From IMG/VR virus record IMGVR_UViG_3300013110_000406: DNA of 20,000 nucleotides. One strand, 5' to 3'. Source of the DNA: an uncultured virus (IMG/VR IMGVR_UViG_3300013110_000406) (lineage: Duplodnaviria > Heunggongvirae > Uroviricota > Caudoviricetes). Positions 1-9,211 of the stretch are shown in pieces (within the stretch, counting starts at the first letter, position 1; every line of letters starts with the position of its first letter). Made by a program: the position numbers and the translations under genes. The notes beneath the pieces were generated by a model that saw only the letters and a list, made by a program, of their open reading frames with translations, was not told where the DNA came from and did no database searches.

Positions 1-9
1 GGAGGAACG

Positions 10-300
10 ATGTTAATTAAACTCACGGAAGTGTGCGCCAATGGGGCCGTTACTACGAGCCAGCGTTATACATTGCGAGAAGTATTGGTGAACCCTGAAC
101 ACGTTATTATGATTCGAGAAGAATCTTCTATGCGTCAACTGCACGAAGAGGGCTTGGTGCATGCTGGCTTGGACCGTAACCATAGATTTTCTAAACTTAC
201 AATTAATCGAGGTCATAACGGGACTGACATCGTAGTAATTGGAGCCCCAGAGTTTGTAGAAGAACAATTAAAATCTACCAAGCAATTATTAAGAGGATAA
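10..300 (+). CDS. FlbD-like small protein (hypothetical)
   Basis: GGAGG SD at 1-5; 'MLIKLT...VLVNPEHVIMIRE' resembles the FlbD-family N-terminal pattern. Confidence 0.45.
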   Translation: MLIKLTEVCANGAVTTSQRYTLREVLVNPEHVIMIREESSMRQLHEEGLVHAGLDRNHRFSKLTINRGHNGTDIVVIGAPEFVEEQLKSTKQLLRG

Positions 301-301
301 C

Positions 302-664
302 ATGAGAGTTAATATACAATATTCGATTGACACGGAAGAACTGCCGGAAATAACTGGGACACTGATTAAAAAGGCAATTGAGTCTATAGATATGGACTCT
401 CTAGAGAAATTAAGCCAGCCCTATGAATTGTTAAGTTTAGAAACTGCCGAAACTATTGATGCTTTGCGTCAAGCGTTGGCCACTACTGATGCTTTATTAC
501 AGGATGCTCACAATATTATTATGGGATGGGTAAGATATAAGAGTACCCCTCCCGTTGCCGAGAATGACGCCCCTTCGGTCATCGCACCAGAAGAACTACA
601 GGCCAAATTAGCCGCTTTTAAAACATCTTTAGATGCACAGCAGGCCAATGAAGCCGCTGATTAG
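302..664 (+). CDS. hypothetical protein
   Basis: 120-aa ORF with GAGGA SD, operon-like packing. Confidence 0.7.
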   Translation: MRVNIQYSIDTEELPEITGTLIKKAIESIDMDSLEKLSQPYELLSLETAETIDALRQALATTDALLQDAHNIIMGWVRYKSTPPVAENDAPSVIAPEELQAKLAAFKTSLDAQQANEAAD

Positions 665-1412
665 ATATAAAAATGGCAATTTTAAGTGCATCTCAGTAAT
701 TAAGGATTTAATCCCGCCGGGGAGCATTGTTCACTCCCATTTGTTATACAATGGGCAGATTGAGCTAGCGCTAGCCAGCGAGATGCGTTTTGTATGCGCA
801 CATACTACCCAATACGTTGTATATGAATTTTGGAAATGCGCGATGGACAACCCACAGCGTATGCACGACATTATTACCGCCGGCACACTTAAATTTGATA
901 ATGAAAATATGCTGGCGCTGCTTCAGGAGTCGTGGACTTCTTTTGCCGATCCTTATGTGCGCGCCAGCTTATTTTTTATACTAAGTAAATGCACTGATGA
1001 AGGATTGATCTCTTCGGGGAAACTAACAAACCGGCGACTTAGCCCGCTGAGTCTTGCACATTTAAAAAAATTTCGTCCTACTAATTTTCACGTCTCTTTG
1101 GATTCTTCTTCCGGGCCTTTCGACAAGATACCGCCTGTTGAGGATACAGATTATCTCTTATGTCCGGTGGGACAATTTAATTATAATATGCTCGACGAGG
1201 CAAAAAGCTTGGGCCCCGAGACCACGTTAGTCAAGCATGTACAATTGGCAGAATACTTACAAACTTTAGACCAGCGCTGGGTTGTGGTCTATAAATATCA
1301 CCCTAGCCTTCTTGAGTTATACAAAGGCTCTCACATTATTCAGTGTGATCATTATGGAGAAAAAACAATGAGGCAAAAGAAGACAGCAGAGGTGATCTTT
1401 GCCAACTTTTAA
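648..1412 (+). CDS. Dam/D12-class DNA adenine methyltransferase-like protein, probably catalytically inactive
   Basis: Start MKPLIRYKNGN resembles 'PLRYxGGK'; C-terminus WVVVY..HPSLLELY and EVIFANF resemble Dam termini; FxGxG and DPPY motifs absent; start moved to ATG 648. Confidence 0.6.
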   Translation: MKPLIRYKNGNFKCISVIKDLIPPGSIVHSHLLYNGQIELALASEMRFVCAHTTQYVVYEFWKCAMDNPQRMHDIITAGTLKFDNENMLALLQESWTSFADPYVRASLFFILSKCTDEGLISSGKLTNRRLSPLSLAHLKKFRPTNFHVSLDSSSGPFDKIPPVEDTDYLLCPVGQFNYNMLDEAKSLGPETTLVKHVQLAEYLQTLDQRWVVVYKYHPSLLELYKGSHIIQCDHYGEKTMRQKKTAEVIFANF

Positions 1413-1749
1413 TATAATGGCAGGCATAGGACTCTTCATCCTGGGACATATTTTTGCGTGGTTTCAGCTTAACTCTCAATTTGTGTGGGAGTGGTGGCGC
1501 GACAAGCCCTTAGTAGCTGTAGGGATTTATTCAATGCCCGTGGGAACGTGCTTTTGGTATGCAACCAAATTAATTGTGGACGAAACAGGGGCCGCATGGT
1601 CGTCGCGATTTCTGGGCTTTGCTGCATCTTACTTTGTGTTTCCATTATTAACCTATGCGCTCTTAAACGAAAGCATGTTCACACCGAAGACATTAACGTG
1701 TATCTTCTTGTCATGCCTAATTATAGCAGTCCAACTCTTTTGGAAGTAA
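1399..1749 (+). CDS. small 4-TM membrane protein (SMR/DMT-like topology)
   Basis: Four hydrophobic segments in 116 aa; GAGGTG SD before TTG start. Confidence 0.65.
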   Translation: MPTFNIMAGIGLFILGHIFAWFQLNSQFVWEWWRDKPLVAVGIYSMPVGTCFWYATKLIVDETGAAWSSRFLGFAASYFVFPLLTYALLNESMFTPKTLTCIFLSCLIIAVQLFWK

Positions 1750-1761
1750 TGTAAAATAACC

Positions 1762-1770
1762 AACTATTTA
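1762..1770 (+). promoter_or_regulatory. putative phage late-promoter motif AACTATTTA
   Basis: Intergenic; near-identical AACTACTTA at 8214-8222 precedes another gene with a similar N-terminus. Confidence 0.4.
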
Positions 1771-1791
1771 TAATGTTGAGGTAAAAATTAT

Positions 1792-4700
1792 ATGAGTTAC
1801 GCAACCGATAAATGGTTCAACTATCTACGCAACGACGTATTAACAGAGGGCGTGCGGGACATCGGACTTCCCGAAGTGGTCATCGACCGCATCGAAAGCA
1901 CCCTCCCAGACGTATCCGAGAAAACTAAAACTTGGATGGGACACCAGTGGAAGGACACGTCCGCCAACAACTTAAATCACTTCACAGGAATGGTACGCTT
2001 AACAAATCGAGAAGGCGTTGACCCCGAGGGGCGCGCCGTATCGGACTTCATGGTTCGTCTCCTTAACATCCTTACGGACTATTCTAGTAAGGGTGAACCA
2101 GGGTGGAAAGAACTTTCCCCTGAAGAGGCCGAGGAGAACGCCAAGAAGGTACGTTATGTGCTGACCAACCTAGCAGGGCCCGAAGGGATCGTTGCTAAAA
2201 AGCCTTTCGGCGCATGGAAGCGAGGCTTTGATAAAGCACTTAAAAATCTCAGCAAGTTAGGGGTTCATAGCGAAATAGTAGGAAAGGTTAAAACGCAATT
2301 GTATGCGCTCTTTACTCAAACCTTTGAGATGTTCTATCGTCAATATAGCGACGTGTTCCAACTGCTTAATCTGGATCCCACCAACTTTGAATACATCAAG
2401 AGTGATACTATAGACGAAGCCGGCCGTACTGCTGTAGAATACCTTGAACAGCGCGAAGATCCCGACCAAATCCTTCACACGTTTGACGACGGCTCTTATT
2501 GGTATGATCTTCAAACCTCTAACTGCTCTATAGAAGCGGAGCGCATGGCTCACTGTGGAGACGCAGACTATAATAATACGATGATTTCTCTTCGTAAGAA
2601 AGGGAAAAGACAAAAGCATTCTAAGTCTTATGTGACCGTAGAATACGGAAACCATAGCGACACTATCTATCAGATTAAAGGACGTGCGAACTCTGTGCCC
2701 CCTGAAGAAACATGGCCCCACATCGCATGGCTGGTGGACAATCTCGGCGTGGACAGCATCGCAGAAAGCGGCGAGCATTCCAGCGAATACTTTGACGAAT
2801 TGCTGGATTATCTGCGCAGCCACACTAATGCCACAATCGACGGCGGCTTTGAAGCCCGTCAGGAAGCAATGCAAGAAGAATTAGATGAGATTCTCCGCGC
2901 TCATGACGGCAATGAAGGTTATGACGTCTGGGCCGAGGTCTACGATGAAGACATCGGAGAGGGCCAAGTTTATTATTCGGGCGGCGGTAGCATGTCCCTC
3001 CAGATTAATCTCGGTTGGCCCGCGATGAAAAGCGTCGAGGGCGAATACGTGCCGATGGATCTGGAAGGAAACGAACTTTCAGATATTGAGCGCATCCCCA
3101 CCGATAATAATTGGACCGCCGCCAATGACTTTCTTGCTGAAGCCGGCATTAAAGACTGGGGCTATGAATTGCCCGGAGAAGAAGAAGAATTTGAATACCG
3201 GGTAGAAATGTTAGAGGGGCACGATCCTGCTTGGGAGATGGGTGATGATGACCCCCCGCGCACCGCACACATCACCATTGAAGTGCAGACGCGCCAGGAA
3301 ACTTCTGACGACGCTAGCGCTTTCGATTACTTTGCTAGCGAAATGGAAGGCCATGCTGAAGAGATTAGCGCGACCCAACAGAAGCTACGCACTAAAATGG
3401 TGGAAGAAGGTTTCGCCGTCAAGAATGCTTTTGATGCAGGACGCACCGAGATCGGAGAGCTTGAAGGAGAGCTACAGAACTGGCAGGTTTATAATGAAGG
3501 CGGGGAAATTGAATTCTGGTTTAACCCAGAGGTTAATGATGAGGGTGGGCGCTATACAATTATCCCCTCCGGTGTCGAGTTTCCCGTTGAGGTATTCTAC
3601 TACACCGACCCGAGCTTCCGCGACGTGCGAAAGCAATTTCAATATGTATGGCCGCATGCCCGAGGATCGCACGCAGGAATGGGGAAAGTAAACTTTAGCG
3701 GCGATAAGCTCAACCAAATGATGGCGCAACAGCTTGGTGCCCAAGATGCTATGGGACAACGTGCGCAACAAAAAGGACAAACTCAATTAGATTTTGGCCC
3801 TGAATACGCATGGCAACCGACACCGTTAGAACTTGCTCGCGACATGGAGTTTATAGTTATTCCGCAGGTTAATTATTTCAGCGACAGCCAGGGCATTAGC
3901 GACGTTACCATTTCCTATCGCCTCACCCTTCGCGTCGATCCTAACGACAACGCAGAAGAGATCGGCAAAACAATAAACATGGTCAAGTATCTGAACAAAA
4001 ACCCCGAGCAGGTTCAAGAGGCAGCCCACGAAATTATCCAGTTTTCGGTTGAGCCTACCCTTGAAAAGGCCGAGACGATGAAGAAAGATATGTTGGATGG
4101 CTCGCTAGCCACGACTCTGATAAGAGCCATTAATAGGCGATATGGGCAACAGGCCCACGATGGCAACAACGAAGCAGAGAAGGTGACACTGCTGGCAAGC
4201 TGGGCCCAGAAAAACTGGGGCGACATGACCGCCGTCGAGAGAACCGCTGTCATTAATACCTATCTTTATCCTGCTAGCCAAGGAGCTTTGAACCTTCACA
4301 TTCTGGACCTTACAGATATGGACAATCTTTCTCATATCGATCAGCTTGGCATGCCTGCCGGTTGGGAAAGCGACGTAAGGGAAGAGTTGCGATATCGCGG
4401 CGCGGGCCAAATGGTGCGCAACAACTATAAGTGGGCCGGAGGCGCCATGGCACAAGATGTGGAAATCAACGAGCCCGAAGATCTGTCGGAAGAGTTGGCC
4501 CCTTGGATTGAAACCCCGGAGAGGTATGAAGAGAATCAACTTGGTCGAGTAGAAAAGTTACTAGAGAAATTGCGAGATCCTACCCACGATTTGCGCATCT
4601 ATAATGTACGCGTCGGTTGCAACTTGATTGACCGCGTTGGTGGAACAGATGCCGAAATTGCCGCTGAAATCCGGGGGATTGATGGGGTCACGACAGTGCG

Positions 4701-5421
4701 ACCTATTGCCGACAGCAAGCGTGAGATCACACCAACAGAAACGTATGTGTTGTTCGACATTAAGTTTGAACTGGTGGGAAGCCAGAGTCGCGTTGAATAT
4801 AGAGAAGCGATTTTGATTCCGCAGATGCGCCTTATTGATGGTATAAAAATTATTAACTGGAGCGCTATTCACAAGACCAACATTCAAGGAACGGTGCGCA
4901 CGGTACGAGAGGCAGCACAGAACCTCTCCGAATATGGATTTGGCGCTAATACAGGCGCTAGTTTTGGAGGCGTAGCTAAAAATTTGGGTAGCGTTCGCTT
5001 CAACCCTTCGGCGGCGCGCCCCACTCCGACGCCTACCTTGGATGTTATTGTGCAGGATTGGGCGGAAGGAGGAGTACAGGCATATGACTTTCCTACCAAC
5101 ACTAATGATATGCGTTATCATACTATGATGCCTGTATCAGAACTCTGGCATCATCGTTCCGGCTATAGTCGCCACCCCAAGGATATTTTTGATGTGAAAT
5201 ATGGTCATTTTAATGCGGTATATCAGCGCTTAAAGGATCAATTAGAAGATCCCAAAGCCTACCACGAGTTTATAAAAGATGGGGCCCATGGACCAGTTTA
5301 TGTGGCTATTGGAAAGAATGGGAGAGTAAAGATAACTGGAAATGAGGATCTAGTGTGGTTCGCTAAAAAAGCGGGTCTTGAAGAGCTACCAGTTTTTCTT
5401 AGTTATCAACGACAAGTGTAG
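1792..5421 (+). CDS. large acidic multidomain protein with PcfJ-like domain and degenerate ParB/Srx-like C-terminus; possible virion protein
   Basis: 1209-aa ORF; EAERMAHCG...ISLRK...VTVEY...IYQIKGRANSVP is PcfJ-like; KITGNEDLVWFAKKAGLEELPV resembles the ParB-N pattern. Confidence 0.6.
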   Translation: MSYATDKWFNYLRNDVLTEGVRDIGLPEVVIDRIESTLPDVSEKTKTWMGHQWKDTSANNLNHFTGMVRLTNREGVDPEGRAVSDFMVRLLNILTDYSSKGEPGWKELSPEEAEENAKKVRYVLTNLAGPEGIVAKKPFGAWKRGFDKALKNLSKLGVHSEIVGKVKTQLYALFTQTFEMFYRQYSDVFQLLNLDPTNFEYIKSDTIDEAGRTAVEYLEQREDPDQILHTFDDGSYWYDLQTSNCSIEAERMAHCGDADYNNTMISLRKKGKRQKHSKSYVTVEYGNHSDTIYQIKGRANSVPPEETWPHIAWLVDNLGVDSIAESGEHSSEYFDELLDYLRSHTNATIDGGFEARQEAMQEELDEILRAHDGNEGYDVWAEVYDEDIGEGQVYYSGGGSMSLQINLGWPAMKSVEGEYVPMDLEGNELSDIERIPTDNNWTAANDFLAEAGIKDWGYELPGEEEEFEYRVEMLEGHDPAWEMGDDDPPRTAHITIEVQTRQETSDDASAFDYFASEMEGHAEEISATQQKLRTKMVEEGFAVKNAFDAGRTEIGELEGELQNWQVYNEGGEIEFWFNPEVNDEGGRYTIIPSGVEFPVEVFYYTDPSFRDVRKQFQYVWPHARGSHAGMGKVNFSGDKLNQMMAQQLGAQDAMGQRAQQKGQTQLDFGPEYAWQPTPLELARDMEFIVIPQVNYFSDSQGISDVTISYRLTLRVDPNDNAEEIGKTINMVKYLNKNPEQVQEAAHEIIQFSVEPTLEKAETMKKDMLDGSLATTLIRAINRRYGQQAHDGNNEAEKVTLLASWAQKNWGDMTAVERTAVINTYLYPASQGALNLHILDLTDMDNLSHIDQLGMPAGWESDVREELRYRGAGQMVRNNYKWAGGAMAQDVEINEPEDLSEELAPWIETPERYEENQLGRVEKLLEKLRDPTHDLRIYNVRVGCNLIDRVGGTDAEIAAEIRGIDGVTTVRPIADSKREITPTETYVLFDIKFELVGSQSRVEYREAILIPQMRLIDGIKIINWSAIHKTNIQGTVRTVREAAQNLSEYGFGANTGASFGGVAKNLGSVRFNPSAARPTPTPTLDVIVQDWAEGGVQAYDFPTNTNDMRYHTMMPVSELWHHRSGYSRHPKDIFDVKYGHFNAVYQRLKDQLEDPKAYHEFIKDGAHGPVYVAIGKNGRVKITGNEDLVWFAKKAGLEELPVFLSYQRQV

Positions 5422-5430
5422 GTCTTATTT

Positions 5431-6210
5431 ATGGTGCGTAAAATATTACGACAAACAACAAAATTGATTCTTATAGCAGCCCTCACCATAGCTGCGATTA
5501 TAGGAGCTTACACTAGCGCAACGAAATCTGTACAGTTTCCTACAGAAGAAGAAATTACCAGCCTCACCAATGTAGGCCGCTCACTTTCGGCGGGGGAATC
5601 GCTAGCGGTCGTTCGTTCTCGTCAAAGTGCAGTGCAGGTGATGTCATTAGATTTAAATGACGGTGGCATTTCCGCTTCTAGCGGAACTTATGTTAAATAT
5701 AAAGGAAAATACTTTGTTCTTACCACTTCCCACGGGGTAGGGGAAGCGTGCCCGCTTACCCAAATCATAGCAGACGATGTATTGTATGACTGTGTTGCGT
5801 ATGCTTTGCGCGATCCTCAAACTGACTATATTATTATTCAGATAAATAAGATACCAGGACGTCTCCCGGTAGAGTTACCTGTCCATGCTCCCCATTCTCA
5901 CGAATGGCAACGAGATATATCCACTCAAACTACCACTTTCTATACTGGATATCCCAACGAAGGTGGCCCTTATACTTTTGATGGAAAGATTGTAGGCTAC
6001 AAGGAAGGAGAAGCGCTCTTTGTAGATTCTTATGGATGGAGTGGATCTTCGGGATCAGGAGTTTTTTCGGACAATGGAAAGCTCATCGGATACGTTATGG
6101 CGTTGGAAGTGGGAGAGACTTATTTCGGAAGACAAGTTTTAGAGAACTTTATCTGGGTTGTTCCACTATTTAAAGTAGATTGGATAGCAGCCGGAGCATT
6201 TGCGGATTAA
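5431..6210 (+). CDS. trypsin-like serine protease with N-terminal signal/TM anchor
   Basis: Catalytic triad motifs LTTSHGV (H), TDY (D), GWSGSSGSGVF (S); hydrophobic N-terminus. Confidence 0.85.
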   Translation: MVRKILRQTTKLILIAALTIAAIIGAYTSATKSVQFPTEEEITSLTNVGRSLSAGESLAVVRSRQSAVQVMSLDLNDGGISASSGTYVKYKGKYFVLTTSHGVGEACPLTQIIADDVLYDCVAYALRDPQTDYIIIQINKIPGRLPVELPVHAPHSHEWQRDISTQTTTFYTGYPNEGGPYTFDGKIVGYKEGEALFVDSYGWSGSSGSGVFSDNGKLIGYVMALEVGETYFGRQVLENFIWVVPLFKVDWIAAGAFAD

Positions 6211-6214
6211 ACTT

Positions 6215-6448
6215 ATGACAAAAAAACGACAAGAGTGCTATTTAGGGATTTTTAACAAGATCGATTGTATTGAAGATCGTATTATAGAAATTAAAGAACA
6301 ATTAGCTAATTTAAAAGAGGGTTTTTTAGGCTCTGACAACGCAGAGATATGTGTTGACGAAATAGAAGCAGAAAAAGCATTGCTTGAGATTATGAATGAA
6401 ACAGCTATTGGCGCACTTCTCGATACAGACCCCCAGGGGGACGCTTGA
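6215..6448 (+). CDS. hypothetical protein (coiled-coil like)
   Basis: ATG at 6215 just after the protease stop; TGA overlaps next gene. Confidence 0.6.
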   Translation: MTKKRQECYLGIFNKIDCIEDRIIEIKEQLANLKEGFLGSDNAEICVDEIEAEKALLEIMNETAIGALLDTDPQGDA

Positions 6449-6795
6449 TGCACGAAGACGACAATGAACTTGTCGAATTAGCAACAGAGCCTGAAGATCT
6501 TAAGCCAAAAAAACCGAGCAACAGAGCGCCGGAAGGCATCAGGACTTTTACTGTTTGCCGACAACACGATGAAAGCGGAGTATCAGGTGAAGGTGTCGTC
6601 ATTGAAGGCGCGACGTTTGCTACAGGCCACACGGTTATCCACTGGCTCACCCCCGCACCGCGCGGCAGCATTGCTTTCTTTGATGCTTTCGATGATTTCA
6701 TTAAGATTCATGTCACTTCTCATCCTGGCAACGGCACTATTATTACGTTTGAAGACGGAGAACAGACTATTTATGACGGAGATAAGGACGAATGA
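6445..6795 (+). CDS. conserved phage hypothetical protein
   Basis: R..DESGVSGEGVVIEG..F..G..V..W...IH motif recalled from a widespread phage family of unknown function. Confidence 0.7.
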   Translation: MMHEDDNELVELATEPEDLKPKKPSNRAPEGIRTFTVCRQHDESGVSGEGVVIEGATFATGHTVIHWLTPAPRGSIAFFDAFDDFIKIHVTSHPGNGTIITFEDGEQTIYDGDKDE

Positions 6796-8126
6796 GTTAT
6801 AAATGGACTAGCGGAAGCGTTCGCCGCGGCGATATCTATTTTGAAGATGACGATACCGGCGCTGACACTTATATAGACTTTGGCCAAGACACAATAACCT
6901 TGCGCCCGAGTGGTGCGGCCATCCTCTATGCCGAAGAGGATGCAGTAGGTATTGGAACCACCGATCCTCAAACCACTTTGCATGTGAAAGGAGATCCCGG
7001 ACAATTCCGGGTAGAAGATACTACAGTAGATTATGCTTATACCGTAGACTGTGACGGAGATGGAATCCGCACCCACTTTGGAGACATGACCGGCGTTGGC
7101 GATGAAGATTCATTTATGACCTTCGGCGCATACACTGGTATTAATCGCTTAGACACAGCGGCCCGTGATTTTCACATCTATGGCACCAACACTACCACCG
7201 GGTTCTACTTTGACGAGAGCGCAGGAAAGTTTGGAATTGGTGTGACTGCCCCTGACGAAAAATTGCACGTCTCTGGCAATCTTAAAGTTGGCGGAGATGA
7301 TCCGAGAATTAAGATCGTTGCAGATACCGATGATCATCCCGGTGTTGAATTTTACGAGAACAGCACAAGAAAATGGATCATTTACAATAACTATACGAAC
7401 GATAATCTCACATTTAAAACCGATAGCACTATAAGAATGGTAATCGAACAAGACGGGAATGTGGGTATTGGGGTTGGAAACCCTGCGCAGGCATTAGAAG
7501 TGGCTGGCAACATCCGAGTGTCCGATAACGGGAACATCTATTGCGATGGAACCGGAGAGTTATATTTAGGAAACACAGCGGGGGGAGTAATTCGTGTTGG
7601 AGGAGATGGCGGCACCTCAACGGCGCTGGCCTCGTTTAACCACTTGTCGCTCCAAACCAGCCGAGACGACGACGATATCTTCATTAAGACGGGGGATGCC
7701 ACCACCACGCGGCTGTTTGTGGAAGGGGATACAGGTAACATAGCCATTGGCACCGCTGCCCCTGGTTCCACATTAGACATCAGCGGCTCTGTCTCCTTTA
7801 ATGTTACTTCTTTCGGGGCTTCGGCAAACATTGGGGATACTCACTATACATGCATAGGAAACTGTGGCCCTGGTGGTGCTAATGGATCTGTCACCCTTAC
7901 GTTACCTTCTGCTACTGACGCTATGACTGGTCGCGTATATGTTTTTAAGAGGGCCGACACAGGCGGTTCGGCCCCCGGTGGATCCGCCCTCGTGGTCGCT
8001 CGTAACAGCGCCTATATTGATGGAGGCACGGACAACTTAGAACTCGGCAACGGGGACTGTATCACTATCCAGTGCGTCGGGCAATCATCTGGCTGGATCG
8101 TCTTAGGAAATTATGTGCCTATTTAG
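6792..8126 (+). CDS. tail fibre / virion appendage-like protein
   Basis: Four repeats of G(N/K)VGIGTxxPxxxLHVxG type (AVGIGTTDPQTTLHVKG, KFGIGVTAPDEKLHVSG, NVGIGVGNPAQALEVAG, NIAIGTAAPGSTLDISG); G/T/D rich; C-terminal 'TLTLPSA..GRVYVFK' domain. Confidence 0.75.
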   Translation: MSYKWTSGSVRRGDIYFEDDDTGADTYIDFGQDTITLRPSGAAILYAEEDAVGIGTTDPQTTLHVKGDPGQFRVEDTTVDYAYTVDCDGDGIRTHFGDMTGVGDEDSFMTFGAYTGINRLDTAARDFHIYGTNTTTGFYFDESAGKFGIGVTAPDEKLHVSGNLKVGGDDPRIKIVADTDDHPGVEFYENSTRKWIIYNNYTNDNLTFKTDSTIRMVIEQDGNVGIGVGNPAQALEVAGNIRVSDNGNIYCDGTGELYLGNTAGGVIRVGGDGGTSTALASFNHLSLQTSRDDDDIFIKTGDATTTRLFVEGDTGNIAIGTAAPGSTLDISGSVSFNVTSFGASANIGDTHYTCIGNCGPGGANGSVTLTLPSATDAMTGRVYVFKRADTGGSAPGGSALVVARNSAYIDGGTDNLELGNGDCITIQCVGQSSGWIVLGNYVPI

Positions 8127-8189
8127 GTAAACCATCGGTGCCCCTCTTACGCAGGGTGGATCAGCGCAGGTAGGTTGGGATCTGCGCCA

Positions 8190-8239
8190 AATTATGCCTC
8201 TTCTGTGAGTTAAAACTACTTACTGAAGAGAGGTTAATT
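8190..8239 (+). promoter_or_regulatory. RBS-sequestering hairpin containing putative late promoter AACTACTTA
   Basis: CTCTTC(8198-8203)/GAAGAG(8225-8230), GTGAG/CTTAC and AATTA/TAATT pairings cover the GAGAGG SD. Confidence 0.5.
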
Positions 8240-9211
8240 ATGTCTTTTGATAAGTGGCGTGAGTTTTTAGCGGAAGCTCCCCGGCGCGGTAGTCCTGCCG
8301 GGATACGGCGCTCTCTAAATACCCTGTTAAACACAGGACCACATAGCGATGGAAGTCCGTATAAAGATGAAGATGAGCATCTCAAAGGAAAAAAGAATCG
8401 CAATCAAATATCCGCGCCACCGGGTGCGCCGGGTGGGGGCAGCATTGGTGCATCGGGCCCTGCGTTAGAAGAAGAGGTGGAAGAAGAAACCTTTGAGATG
8501 CAGCCGGAACTTCAGCCGGAGATTTGGATAGATAATCAGATATGGCCTGAAGTACGCAAACGCTTTTTAGAAATCGTGGAAGATTTTCTAGACGGCCTAG
8601 ACCTTAATGTTCCAATTGAAGACGTGCGACTAACGGGATCGCTAGCGAACTATAACTGGTCTAAGTATTCGGATGCCGATCTGCATATCGTTGTAGACTT
8701 TAGCGAAATAGATGAAGATATTGAGCTAGTCAAAGCTTTTTTCGACGCAGCCCGGGCCCGATGGAACGACCACCATCAGATTAATGTTTATGGGTTTGAA
8801 GTGGAACTATACGTAGAAAACGTCGGGGATATTCATCATTCATCTGGTGTGTATTCGGTCGACCAGAACAAATGGATTATTGAGCCTACTCCGCGAGATG
8901 TAGAAATTGATTTTATTACTGCTCGCAAGAAAAGCGATGATATTGAAACGCAAGTGAACTTAGTAGAACGTATATTGCGTAATGGAAACACGCAAAGCGC
9001 CCTCAAGATTATAGAGCGCATTAAACACAAAATCCGTCGTATGCGACAAGCGGGACTGGATAGCCCCCAAAGAGAATTTTCACCAGAGAACATAGCTTTT
9101 AAAATATTGCGTCGTAACGGAACTTTAGAGCGGTTAAGCGGGCTGAAGCGCAATGCATACGACACCCAAATGTCACTCCCCGAGGAAGTCGATGAAGTTT
9201 CAAGCGATTAA
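8240..9211 (+). CDS. Pol-beta superfamily nucleotidyltransferase
   Basis: hGS...DxD signature LTGSLANYNWSKYSDADLHIVVD plus a third acidic strand FEVELYVE; helical C-terminal region. Confidence 0.8.
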   Translation: MSFDKWREFLAEAPRRGSPAGIRRSLNTLLNTGPHSDGSPYKDEDEHLKGKKNRNQISAPPGAPGGGSIGASGPALEEEVEEETFEMQPELQPEIWIDNQIWPEVRKRFLEIVEDFLDGLDLNVPIEDVRLTGSLANYNWSKYSDADLHIVVDFSEIDEDIELVKAFFDAARARWNDHHQINVYGFEVELYVENVGDIHHSSGVYSVDQNKWIIEPTPRDVEIDFITARKKSDDIETQVNLVERILRNGNTQSALKIIERIKHKIRRMRQAGLDSPQREFSPENIAFKILRRNGTLERLSGLKRNAYDTQMSLPEEVDEVSSD

